A stretch of 64,000 bases of DNA. Source: Chloropicon primus (Eukaryota). Below the pieces are notes generated by a model. The model was not told the origin of the DNA and did no database searches. It saw only the letters and a program-made list of their open reading frames with translations. The stretch spans positions 930,001 through 994,000 of the forward strand of contig CP060758.1 of assembly GCA_023205875.1 (NCBI GenBank). Direction: 5' to 3'. This document shows, piece by piece, positions 1 to 13,100 of this stretch. Made by a program: the position numbers and the translations under genes. Position 1 is the first letter of the stretch, and every line of letters begins with the position of its first letter.

Positions 1-3000
1 GATTGGCCTGGGGAGCCCAGAGCTGCTGCGACAGACGAAAACATGATAGAGGAGTCCAACCTGATGTTGGACGTGAATCTGCTGAGAATATCGAGTGCAC
101 GTTGCTTTGGAGCAAAGACACTTCTGCACTTCTGGATAGACTGCTTCAGCAGTGTTGCATCTGCTAGCACACCTCCTGCGTGAATCATCACATCAATTTG
201 GTGTTGCATCACTTGAACCACTCCTTCGACATCACTTGTCAAGGAAGCATCACACTTCATTAAGGATTGCACCATCAAGATCTGTGACGATCTGGAGCAG
301 ATCTTCTCAGCGTAAGTTGCACTCGCATGACCTGATCTGCCCAGAGCAACAGTGTGGTGGATGGGCAAGCCCGTGTTCCATGCACAAAGCGCAGAACCCA
401 ATGAGCCTGCACCTCCTGTGATCACAGCTGTCTCCTGCATTCCAAAGGAAACATCTCTTCCTGGGCATACAACAACTTTACCTACATGCTTGGCTTGGGA
501 CATTTGACGCAAGGCAGCATGTACGGAACCAAGACTGTGGATCACCTGAGGCAAAGGTCCAATGCTGCCAGAAGCGAGGAAGCGAGCCGTTTGCAACATC
601 ATCTGCTGCATTCTGTGTGGCGGCAAGAAATCCACAGCAAGCAGCTCGTATGTCACATCCTGACGCTCCATCCTCACAGACTGGCGTGACCAAATGTCAC
701 GCTTTCCAATCTCAACCATCCTACCTCCACTGCCCAAAGTGGACAAGGTTGCTCCTACCATACCTGACGACGTCAAGGAGTTCAAAGCAATATCCACACC
801 ACCAGTGTAGGACACCAACTCTGGATACCGGGTATCTCTCGAGTTCACCACATGCTGAAGCCCCAACGACCTCAGCAAAGAGCGCTTGCGGCTACTTCCA
901 GCCGTGGCCAAGGCGTTGGAACCACTGGCTTGGACAACCTGGAGAGCGGCAAGACCGACTCCTCCTGCTGCGGCGTGAATGAGGACATTGTCATTGCGCT
1001 GCATGCAAGACGCGTGGGAGAAGGCAATCTGCACTGTCACAAACACGGTGGGCACTGTGGCTGCGGCACTGAATCCAACATTACTGGGCAAGGGAACGAA
1101 CAAATCAGAAAGTGCATTCACTTCCGTACCAAGACAACCCTCTGCGAGGCCAAACACTGACTGACCAACACAGAAGCCGTCTGAACCCTTGGTCTCCACA
1201 ACCACACCAGAGCAATCGCCTCCTGGCAAACCTGGGTCCCCGGGATACATGTCCAAAATATTGAGAACATCACGGAAATTCAGTCCAATGGCGTGTACCT
1301 GAAGGATCATATCCATGGTGGTTTTGGAGAGGGGCTCTAAGGCTTGCAGGGCCAAGCTACTGAAAGAACCTCGTGGACTTGGAACAAGCTGCATGTGAGC
1401 TTGCTTCAAGTGAGCTCTGCTGGCGATGAGAGTAGGCACCAAGACCATTCCCCCACGGAGAGCTTCTCCTTGAACATCTGATTCTGCACTTCTCATCAGC
1501 AGAGAGTCGACAATCAACGCGTTCGCATTGGAACCAACGTTGATTGTGTCCTCGATAGATACGTCAACACCACCGCAGGTCAAATTCTGGCATTCCTGTG
1601 CTACAGTGCGCATCAGACCCCACAGGTGTCCCTGAGACGTGTTGACGTCGTTGATGGGGCAATCAAGAGCTCCATAAGCACCGAAGGTTTGAAGGTTCAT
1701 AGGCATATGACCCTTGTTGATCAAATCACGCACAACGCTGAGGGCCAACCCCATCGAGCTGATTTGAGAATCAGGTTCTAAAATAAGCATTGAATCGGTA
1801 GCAGAACCCAAAGGACTCGATGACTGAGCAAGACAAGCATTCCACTGCACAAAGTAGGTCGTGGATCTCTTTTCTTCAATGGATGCCTTGGAGACCGAGG
1901 TCCCTGAAGACATGCTCTTGGTCAACAAGTTGTACACAGTGCTTGAAGACAGGCCGTTTGGATCTTGAAGGCTATGCTGGCTCATGCTCTTCTGAGCCGA
2001 ACTAAACACAGTCTTTGCGACAGCATGCAAAACATTGGATTTGGTTCGCTGGTGCACAACAAAAGCGTCAATTCCAGCAGGAACTTGTGTTTGTTGATCC
2101 TCCCCTGATCCGTTATCGACCAAACTTGTAGCTCCAAGCTGGAGGCAACCATCCAGAGCGCTAGGGTGTGTATACATGCCATTCAAAGCACCACTCTCCT
2201 GGCCACCAATGTGAGCATACGCCTCACCCGACAGGTGTCCGTTGTGTCTTATGGCCTTCAGTACTTGGAACTTGGTCATGTAGTTCAAACCAACTTGATG
2301 CATCGCATCGTAAAGAACGACCGATGGAATGGGTACAGCAGATTTTACCCTCAAGTTTTCTTTGCTAAGAGACAATGAAGTCGATGCAATTTCTTCTGAA
2401 GGCTCGTCCACCGATTTGATCCAGCCCAAAGATGCCCTGAAATGAGCAGTACCAAAGCCCGTGCTGTTCCTCTTGGAAAGCGAGGAGATGTCGAACTTTG
2501 CATCGCCGAGCGTATGCACACTAATCTGAACCACAACATCATCCGCCTTGCCCATGGATTGAGGCAGTACAAGAGGGGCAGGAATGGCAGCCTGTTCCAC
2601 AACAATAGATTCAATCGCACCATCTGTCATGAGATGTCCAAGTGCCGAACCCATCTCCAGGTATCCCGCACCAGGGTACAAGGGTTTGTTTTGAATCTGG
2701 TGATCCCACAAGTAAGAATGCAAGGCCCTTGTCAACGTCGTCTCAAGCTTGACAACTCCATCGACATCCACGCGAGCACACTTCGACAACAAGGGGTGCA
2801 CAGGAGGCAAAACCCAGCACCTCTGTGGTCGCCAGCTCAGTACTGCATTCTCCTTGCTGAACACTGAAAACGGGGTACAACCCAAAATGGCATGACTGTT
2901 CGTTCCTTGGAACGCAAACGAGCTTACACCGCCCACAAGGTCGGCATCTGCGACATTTTGAGAGATACCAAAGGACAACTTTGGCAAGTTGTACTTCGAG

Positions 3001-4140
3001 TTCTCGTTTGATCCAATGATTTGGTGCAAGTGAGGGTTCACGCTACTCAAGTGAATTATGGGCGTGCTCGCTGCGTTCATCAAAGCGTCCATGGTGTGGA
3101 TGAGGCCGGCCGCACCTGCGCCTGGTTCAGTGTGACCAATGCTTGATTTACCTGCAGCCAAGTTCAGAGGGTGGTCTGCTACACGATTTCCCATCAACAC
3201 GGCATTCAAAGCACCGACTTCAATAGGATCGCCAAGTGGCGTTCCAGTACCGTGCATTTGCAGCAGACTTACGTCTGCACCGTCTAAAGACTTGTGTTGC
3301 AATGCTGCTCTTACGACCATTTGCTGTGCAGGACCATTAGGAGCAGTCAACGCACTGGATCTTCCGTCTTGATTTACAGCTGTTCCTAGCACGGCAACGG
3401 GCAGGCTGTCGCTGGAATCTGCTGCTCCACTGCTGTCATCAGCACTTTCCAAGCAAAGGGCACCGCAGAATTCTCCCCTCACATAGCCATCTGCTGAAGC
3501 ATCAAGGGTCTTGCACCTTCCGTCTGCACTGAGCATACCTGCCTTATGGAACATCATTGTTGTATCTGGTGTTGACAAGATGTTTACACCTGCAACAATG
3601 CTTGTCGTCTTCGAGAAGTTTCTCTGTGTGTTTGCAATGTGTGTTGTCACAAGGGACGAGGAACAAGCAGTGTCGATGCTCATGGCTGGTCCTCGGAAGT
3701 CAAACATGAAAGATATCCTTCCTGAAGCAACACTCAAAGCTCCTCCTGTTGCACTGTAAGTAGTCACTCCAGATTGATATTTACTGCACAGTCGGCCGTA
3801 ATCAGTGTTTGAGATTCCAACAAACACGCCGACGGGGCAGGTGTTATCAAGCGCCTTGCAACCAAACTTCAACTCAAGAATTATCTGAATCAATGCTCGT
3901 TGTTGCACGTCCATCAGCATGGACTCCCCTAGGCCAAGGCCTGTGCAGGAAATGTCAAAACCAGCGACGTTTTCCATGAAGGACCCATAAGTTGGAGGTC
4001 TCACATTACTGTATTCTTTCGATACTGAATCCAAATCCCACCGAGTAAACGGAACTCTTGAGATAGTATCAGTCCTAAGCCTTGAGGATGTTGTAATACC
4101 AGAGGGCCCCTTTAGCGCAATAGAGGTACATAACGTGTTC
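1..4140 (-). other. PKS module 8: KS-DH-ER-KR (truncated by the window edge)
   Basis: Near-identical to module 7. The KR is cut at FSSVAAALGSPGQ. Confidence 0.88.
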
Positions 4141-7100
4141 TGGACATCACCGAAAGTTTGTGAATCACAGCCCAAAGTCGTATCTGTGACTGTCACCTTC
4201 ACTCCTGACAAGGATCGCATACTGTCACATATGAACGTTTGCATTGAATCCAGCGTAGGATAGTCAAATACCACCGTCCCTGGAAGTTCAATCGCAAAAA
4301 CGCGTTCCAAATCTGTCCGCAACTCTGTGGCACCCAATGAATCCAAGCCAGCAGCCATGAGGGGCTCGTCCGGCTGGACATCATGACCAATAACGCCGCA
4401 GACGACTGACTTAAGATGACTTCGAATCTGGTCTTCATCCATGACAGGTGCTGCTCCTTGTCCAGTCACAAAACTGATATCTGGCACCTGTTGAGCAGCA
4501 CTAACAGCAAATTCAACTGAAGCATGCTCACTCAAGTAATGCGTCTTCTTTGGGATATGGCTCATGAACACAGGCCAATTAAATGGATTGACGACATCTA
4601 TCGGCGTGGGCGTCATGCTTTGCATGCTCTGCATGACACAAGCCAATGCAGACATACCCTCCTCGGCTGTCAAGGAGGACATTCCCGTCCTTTGCAAACG
4701 CAGAGCTGTCTGCTCGTTCTGCGAAGCCATTCCGCCTCCAGACCAGGCACCCCAGCAAATACTAGAAGCAGTAGATCCCATGCTCATTTGACGCACGGCG
4801 AAAACATCTAGGTACGCGTTGGCTGCACCATAGTTGGATTGGCCTGGGGAGCCCAGAGCTGCTGCGACAGACGAAAACATGATAGAGGAGTCCAACCTGA
4901 TGTTGGACGTGAATCTGCTGAGAATATCGAGTGCACGTTGCTTTGGAGCAAAGACACTTCTGCACTTCTGGATAGACTGCTTCAGCAGTGTTGCATCTGC
5001 TAGCACACCTCCTGCGTGAATCATCACATCAATTTGGTGTTGCATCACTTGAACCACTCCTTCGACATCACTTGTCAAGGAAGCATCACACTTCATTAAG
5101 GATTGCACCATCAAGATCTGTGACGATCTGGAGCAGATCTTCTCAGCGTAAGTTGCACTCGCATGACCTGATCTGCCCAGAGCAACAGTGTGGTGGATGG
5201 GCAAGCCCGTGTTCCATGCACAAAGCGCAGAACCCAATGAGCCTGCACCTCCTGTGATCACAGCTGTCTCCTGCATTCCAAAGGAAACATCTCTTCCTGG
5301 GCATACAACAACTTTACCTACATGCTTGGCTTGGGACATTTGACGCAAGGCAGCATGTACGGAACCAAGACTGTGGATCACCTGAGGCAAAGGTCCAATG
5401 CTGCCAGAAGCGAGGAAGCGAGCCGTTTGCAACATCATCTGCTGCATTCTGTGTGGCGGCAAGAAATCCACAGCAAGCAGCTCGTATGTCACATCCTGAC
5501 GCTCCATCCTCACAGACTGGCGTGACCAAATGTCACGCTTTCCAATCTCAACCATCCTACCTCCACTGCCCAAAGTGGACAAGGTTGCTCCTACCATACC
5601 TGACGACGTCAAGGAGTTCAAAGCAATATCCACACCACCAGTGTAGGACACCAACTCTGGATACCGGGTATCTCTCGAGTTCACCACATGCTGAAGCCCC
5701 AACGACCTCAGCAAAGAGCGCTTGCGGCTACTTCCAGCCGTGGCCAAGGCGTTGGAACCACTGGCTTGGACAACCTGGAGAGCGGCAAGACCGACTCCTC
5801 CTGCTGCGGCGTGAATGAGGACATTGTCATTGCGCTGCATGCAAGACGCGTGGGAGAAGGCAATCTGCACTGTCACAAACACGGTGGGCACTGTGGCTGC
5901 GGCACTGAATCCAACATTACTGGGCAAGGAAACGAACAAATCAGAAAGTGCATTCACTTCCGTACCAAGACAACCCTCTGCGAGGCCAAACACTGACTGA
6001 CCAACACAGAAGCCGTCTGAACCCTTGGTCTCCACAACCACACCAGAGCAATCGCCTCCTGGCAAACCTGGGTCCCCGGGATACATGTCCAAAATATTGA
6101 GAACATCACGGAAATTCAGTCCAATGGCGTGTACCTGAAGGATCATATCCATGGTGGTTTTGGAGAGGGGCTCTAAGGCTTGCAGGGCCAAGCTACTGAA
6201 AGAACCTCGTGGACTTGGAACAAGCTGCATGTGAGCTTGCTTCAAGTGAGCTCTGCTGGCGATGAGAGTAGGCACCAAGACCATTCCCCCACGGAGAGCT
6301 TCTCCTTGAACATCTGATTCTGCACTTCTCATCAGCAGAGAGTCGACAATCAACGCGTTCGCATTGGAACCAACGTTGATTGTGTCCTCGATAGATACGT
6401 CAACACCACCGCAGGTCAAATTCTGGCATTCCTGTGCTACAGTGCGCATCAGACCCCACAGGTGTCCCTGAGACGTGTTGACGTCGTTGGTGGGGCAATC
6501 AAGAGCTCCATAAGCACCGAAGGTTTGAAGGTTCATAGGCATATGACCCTTGTTGATCAAATCACGCACAACGCTGAGGGCCAACCCCATCGAGCTGATT
6601 TGAGAATCAGGTTCTAAAATAAGCATTGAATCGGTAGCAGAACCCAAAGGACTCGATGACTGAGCAAGACAAGCATTCCACTGCACAAAGTAGGTCGTGG
6701 ATCTCTTTTCTTCAATGGATGCCTTGGAGACCGAGGTCCCTGAAGACATGCTCTTGGTCAACAAGTTGTACACAGTGCTTGAAGACAGGCCGTTTGGATC
6801 TTGAAGGCTATGCTGGCTCATGCTCTTCTGAGCCGAACTAAACACAGTCTTTGCGACAGCATGCAAAACATTGGATTTGGTTCGCTGGTGCACAACAAAA
6901 GCGTCAATTCCAGCAGGAACTTGTGTTTGTTGATCCTCCCCTGATCCGTTATCGACCAAACTTGTAGCTCCAAGCTGGAGGCAACCATCCAGAGCGCTAG
7001 GGTGTGTATACATGCCATTCAAAGCACCACTCTCCTGGCCACCAATGTGAGCATACGCCTCACCCGACAGGTGTCCGTTGTGTCTTATGGCCTTCAGTAC

Positions 7101-10100
7101 TTGGAACTTGGTCATGTAGTTCAAACCAACTTGATGCATCGCATCGTAAAGAACGACCGATGGAATGGGTACAGCAGATTTTACCCTCAAGTTTTCTTTG
7201 CTAAGAGACAATGAAGTCGATGCAATTTCTTCTGAAGGCTCGTCCACCGATTTGATCCAGCCCAAAGATGCCCTGAAATGAGCAGTACCAAAGCCCGTGC
7301 TGTTCCTCTTGGAAAGCGAGGAGATGTCGAACTTTGCATCGCCGAGCGTATGCACACTAATCTGAACCACAACATCATCCGCCTTGCCCATGGATTGAGG
7401 CAGTACAAGAGGGGCAGGAATGGCAGCCTGTTCCACAACAATAGATTCAATCGCACCATCTGTCATGAGATGTCCAAGTGCCGAACCCATCTCCAGGTAT
7501 CCCGCACCAGGGTACAAGGGTTTGTTTTGAATCTGGTGATCCCACAAGTAAGAATGCAAGGCCCTTGTCAACGTCGTCTCAAGCTTGACAACTCCATCGA
7601 CATCCACGCGAGCACACTTCGACAACAAGGGGTGCACAGGAGGCAAAACCCAGCACCTCTGTGGTCGCCAGCTCAGTACTGCATTCTCCTTGCTGAACAC
7701 TGAAAACGGGGTACAACCCAAAATGGCATGACTGTTCGTTCCTTGGAACGCAAACGAGCTTACACCGCCCACAAGGTCGGCATCTGCGACATTTTGAGAG
7801 ATACCAAAGGACAACTTTGGCAAGTTGTACTTCGAGTTCTCGTTTGATCCAATGATTTGGTGCAAGTGAGGGTTCACGCTACTCAAGTGAATTATGGGCG
7901 TGCTCGCTGCGTTCATCAAAGCGTCCATGGTGTGGATGAGGCCGGCCGCACCTGCGCCTGGTTCAGTGTGACCAATGCTTGATTTACCTGCAGCCAAGTT
8001 CAGAGGGTGGTCTGCTACACGATTTCCCATCAACACGGCATTCAAAGCACCGACTTCAATAGGATCGCCAAGTGGCGTTCCAGTACCGTGCATTTGCAGC
8101 AGACTTACGTCTGCACCGTCTAAAGACTTGTGTTGCAATGCTGCTCTTACGACCATTTGCTGTGCAGGACCATTAGGAGCAGTCAACGCACTGGATCTTC
8201 CGTCTTGATTTACAGCTGTTCCTAGCACGGCAACGGGCAGGCTGTCGCTGGAATCTGCTGCTCCACTGCTGTCATCAGCACTTTCCAAGCAAAGGGCACC
8301 GCAGAATTCTCCCCTCACATAGCCATCTGCTGAAGCATCAAGGGTCTTGCACCTTCCGTCTGCACTGAGCATACCTGCCTTATGGAACATCATTGTTGTA
8401 TCTGGTGTTGACAAGATGTTTACACCTGCAACAATGCTTGTCGTCTTCGAGAAGTTTCTCTGTGTGTTTGCAATGTGTGTTGTCACAAGGGACGAGGAAC
8501 AAGCAGTGTCGATGCTCATGGCTGGTCCTCGGAAGTCAAACATGAAAGATATCCTTCCTGAAGCAACACTCAAAGCTCCTCCTGTTGCACTGTAAGTAGT
8601 CACTCCAGATTGATATTTACTGCACAGTCGGCCGTAATCAGTGTTTGAGATTCCAACAAACACGCCGACGGGGCAGGTGTTATCAAGCGCCTTGCAACCA
8701 AACTTCAACTCAAGAATTATCTGAATCAATGCTCGTTGTTGCACGTCCATCAGCATGGACTCCCCTAGGCCAAGGCCTGTGCAGGAAATGTCAAAACCAG
8801 CGACGTTTTCCATGAAGGACCCATAAGTTGGAGGTCTCACATTACTGTATTCTTTCGATACTGAATCCAAATCCCACCGAGTAAACGGAACTCTTGAGAT
8901 AGTATCAGTCCTAAGCCTTGAGGATGTTGTAATACCAGAGGGCCCCTTTAGCGCAATAGAGGTACATAACGTGTTCTGGACATCACCGAAAGTTTGTGAA
9001 TCACAGCCCAAAGTCGTATCTGTGACTGTCACCTTCACTCCTGACAAGGATCGCATACTGTCACATATGAACGTTTGCATTGAATCCAGCGTAGGATAGT
9101 CAAATACCACCGTCCCTGGAAGTTCAATCGCAAAAACGCGTTCCAAATCTGTCCGCAACTCTGTGGCACCCAATGAATCCAAGCCAGCAGCCATGAGGGG
9201 CTCGTCCGGCTGGACATCATGACCAATAACGCCGCAGACGACTGACTTAAGATGACTTCGAATCTGGTCTTCATCCATGACAGGTGCTGCTCCTTGTCCA
9301 GTCACAAAACTGATATCTGGCACCTGTTGAGCAGCACTAACAGCAAATTCAACTGAAGCATGCTCACTCAAGTAATGCGTCTTCTTTGGGATATGGCTCA
9401 TGAACACAGGCCAATTAAATGGATTGACGACATCTATCGGCGTGGGCGTCATGCTTTGCATGCTCTGCATGACACAAGCCAATGCAGACATACCCTCCTC
9501 GGCTGTCAAGGAGGACATTCCCGTCCTTTGCAAACGCAGAGCTGTCTGCTCGTTCTGCGAAGCCATTCCGCCTCCAGACCAGGCACCCCAGCAAATACTA
9601 GAAGCAGTAGATCCCATGCTCATTTGACGCACGGCGAAAACATCTAGGTACGCGTTGGCTGCACCATAGTTGGATTGGCCTGGGGAGCCCAGAGCTGCTG
9701 CGACAGACGAAAACATGATAGAGGAGTCCAACCTGATGTTGGACGTGAATCTGCTGAGAATATCGAGTGCACGTTGCTTTGGAGCAAAGACACTTCTGCA
9801 CTTCTGGATAGACTGCTTCAGCAGTGTTGCATCTGCTAGCACACCTCCTGCGTGAATCATCACATCAATTTGGTGTTGCATCACTTGAACCACTCCTTCG
9901 ACATCACTTGTCAAGGAAGCATCACACTTCATTAAGGATTGCACCATCAAGATCTGTGACGATCTGGAGCAGATCTTCTCAGCGTAAGTTGCACTCGCAT
10001 GACCTGATCTGCCCAGAGCAACAGTGTGGTGGATGGGCAAGCCCGTGTTCCATGCACAAAGCGCAGAACCCAATGAGCCTGCACCTCCTGTGATCACAGC

Positions 10101-13100
10101 TGTCTCCTGCATTCCAAAGGAAACATCTCTTCCTGGGCATACAACAACTTTACCTACATGCTTGGCTTGGGACATTTGACGCAAGGCAGCATGTACGGAA
10201 CCAAGACTGTGGATCACCTGAGGCAAAGGTCCAATGCTGCCAGAAGCGAGGAAGCGAGCCGTTTGCAACATCATCTGCTGCATTCTGTGTGGCGGCAAGA
10301 AATCCACAGCAAGCAGCTCGTATGTCACATCCTGACGCTCCATCCTCACAGACTGGCGTGACCAAATGTCACGCTTTCCAATCTCAACCATCCTACCTCC
10401 ACTGCCCAAAGTGGACAAGGTTGCTCCTACCATACCTGACGACGTCAAGGAGTTCAAAGCAATATCCACACCACCAGTGTAGGACACCAACTCTGGATAC
10501 CGGGTATCTCTCGAGTTCACCACATGCTGAAGCCCCAACGACCTCAGCAAAGAGCGCTTGCGGCTACTTCCAGCCGTGGCCAAGGCGTTGGAACCACTGG
10601 CTTGGACAACCTGAAGAGCGGCAAGACCGACTCCTCCTGCTGCGGCGTGAATGAGGACATTGTCATTGCGCTGCATGCAAGACGCGTGGGAGAAGGCAAT
10701 CTGCACTGTCACAAACACGGTGGGCACTGTGGCTGCGGCACTGAATCCAACATTACTGGGCAAGGAAACGAACAAATCAGAAAGTGCATTCACTTCCGTA
10801 CCAAGACAACCCTCTGCGAGGCCAAACACTGACTGACCAACACAGAAGCCGTCTGAACCCTTGGTCTCCACAACCACACCAGAGCAATCGCCTCCTGGCA
10901 AACCTGGGTCCCCGGGATACATGTCCAAAATATTGAGAACATCACGGAAATTCAGTCCAATGGCGTGTACCTGAAGGATCATATCCATGGTGGTTTTGGA
11001 GAGGGGCTCTAAGGCTTGCAGGGCCAAGCTACTGAAAGAACCTCGTGGACTTGGAACAAGCTGCATGTGAGCTTGCTTCAAGTGAGCTCTGCTGGCGATG
11101 AGAGTAGGCACCAAGACCATTCCCCCACGGAGAGCTTCTCCTTGAACATCTGATTCTGCACTTCTCATCAGCAGAGAGTCGACAATCAACGCGTTCGCAT
11201 TGGAACCAACGTTGATTGTGTCCTCGATAGATACGTCAACACCACCGCAGGTCAAATTCTGGCATTCCTGTGCTACAGTGCGCATCAGACCCCACAGGTG
11301 TCCCTGAGACGTGTTGACGTCGTTGGTGGGGCAATCAAGAGCTCCATAAGCACCGAAGGTTTGAAGGTTCATAGGCATATGACCCTTGTTGATCAAATCA
11401 CGCACAACGCTGAGGGCCAACCCCATCGAGCTGATTTGAGAATCAGGTTCTAAAATAAGCATTGAATCGGTAGCAGAACCCAAAGGACTCGATGACTGAG
11501 CAAGACAAGCATTCCACTGCACAAAGTAGGTCGTGGATCTCTTTTCTTCAATGGATGCCTTGGAGACCGAGGTCCCTGAAGACATGCTCTTGGTCAACAA
11601 GTTGTACACAGTGCTTGAAGACAGGCCGTTTGGATCTTGAAGGCTATGCTGGCTCATGCTCTTCTGAGCCGAACTAAACACAGTCTTTGCGACAGCATGC
11701 AAAACATTGGATTTGGTTCGCTGGTGCACAACAAAAGCGTCAATTCCAGCAGGAACTTGTGTTTGTTGATCCTCCCCTGATCCGTTATCGACCAAACTTG
11801 TAGCTCCAAGCTGGAGGCAACCATCCAGAGCGCTAGGGTGTGTATACATGCCATTCAAAGCACCACTCTCCTGGCCACCAATGTGAGCATACGCCTCACC
11901 CGACAGGTGTCCGTTGTGTCTTATGGCCTTCAGTACTTGGAACTTGGTCATGTAGTTCAAACCAACTTGATGCATCGCATCGTAAAGAACGACCGATGGA
12001 ATGGGTACAGCAGATTTTACCCTCAAGTTTTCTTTGCTAAGAGACAATGAAGTCGATGCAATTTCTTCTGAAGGCTCGTCCACCGATTTGATCCAGCCCA
12101 AAGATGCCCTGAAATGAGCAGTACCAAAGCCCGTGCTGTTCCTCTTGGAAAGCGAGGAGATGTCGAACTTTGCATCGCCGAGCGTATGCACACTAATCTG
12201 AACCACAACATCATCCGCCTTGCCCATGGATTGAGGCAGTACAAGAGGGGCAGGAATGGCAGCCTGTTCCACAACAATAGATTCAATCGCACCATCTGTC
12301 ATGAGATGTCCAAGTGCCGAACCCATCTCCAGGTATCCCGCACCAGGGTACAAGGGTTTGTTTTGAATCTGGTGATCCCACAAGTAAGAATGCAAGGCCC
12401 TTGTCAACGTCGTCTCAAGCTTGACAACTCCATCGACATCCACGCGAGCACACTTCGACAACAAGGGGTGCACAGGAGGCAAAACCCAGCACCTCTGTGG
12501 TCGCCAGCTCAGTACTGCATTCTCCTTGCTGAACACTGAAAACGGGGTACAACCCAAAATGGCATGACTGTTCGTTCCTTGGAACGCAAACGAGCTTACA
12601 CCGCCCACAAGGTCGGCATCTGCGACATTTTGAGAGATACCAAAGGACAACTTTGGCAAGTTGTACTTCGAGTTCTCGTTTGATCCAATGATTTGGTGCA
12701 AGTGAGGGTTCACGCTACTCAAGTGAATTATGGGCGTGCTCGCTGCGTTCATCAAAGCGTCCATGGTGTGGATGAGGCCGGCCGCACCTGCGCCTGGTTC
12801 AGTGTGACCAATGCTTGATTTACCTGCAGCCAAGTTCAGAGGGTGGTCTGCTACACGATTTCCCATCAACACGGCATTCAAAGCACCGACTTCAATAGGA
12901 TCGCCAAGTGGCGTTCCAGTACCGTGCATTTGCAGCAGACTTACGTCTGCACCGTCTAAAGACTTGTGTTGCAATGCTGCTCTTACGACCATTTGCTGTG
13001 CAGGACCATTAGGAGCAGTCAACGCACTGGATCTTCCGTCTTGATTTACAGCTGTTCCTAGCACGGCAACGGGCAGGCTGTCTCTGGAATCTGCTGCTCC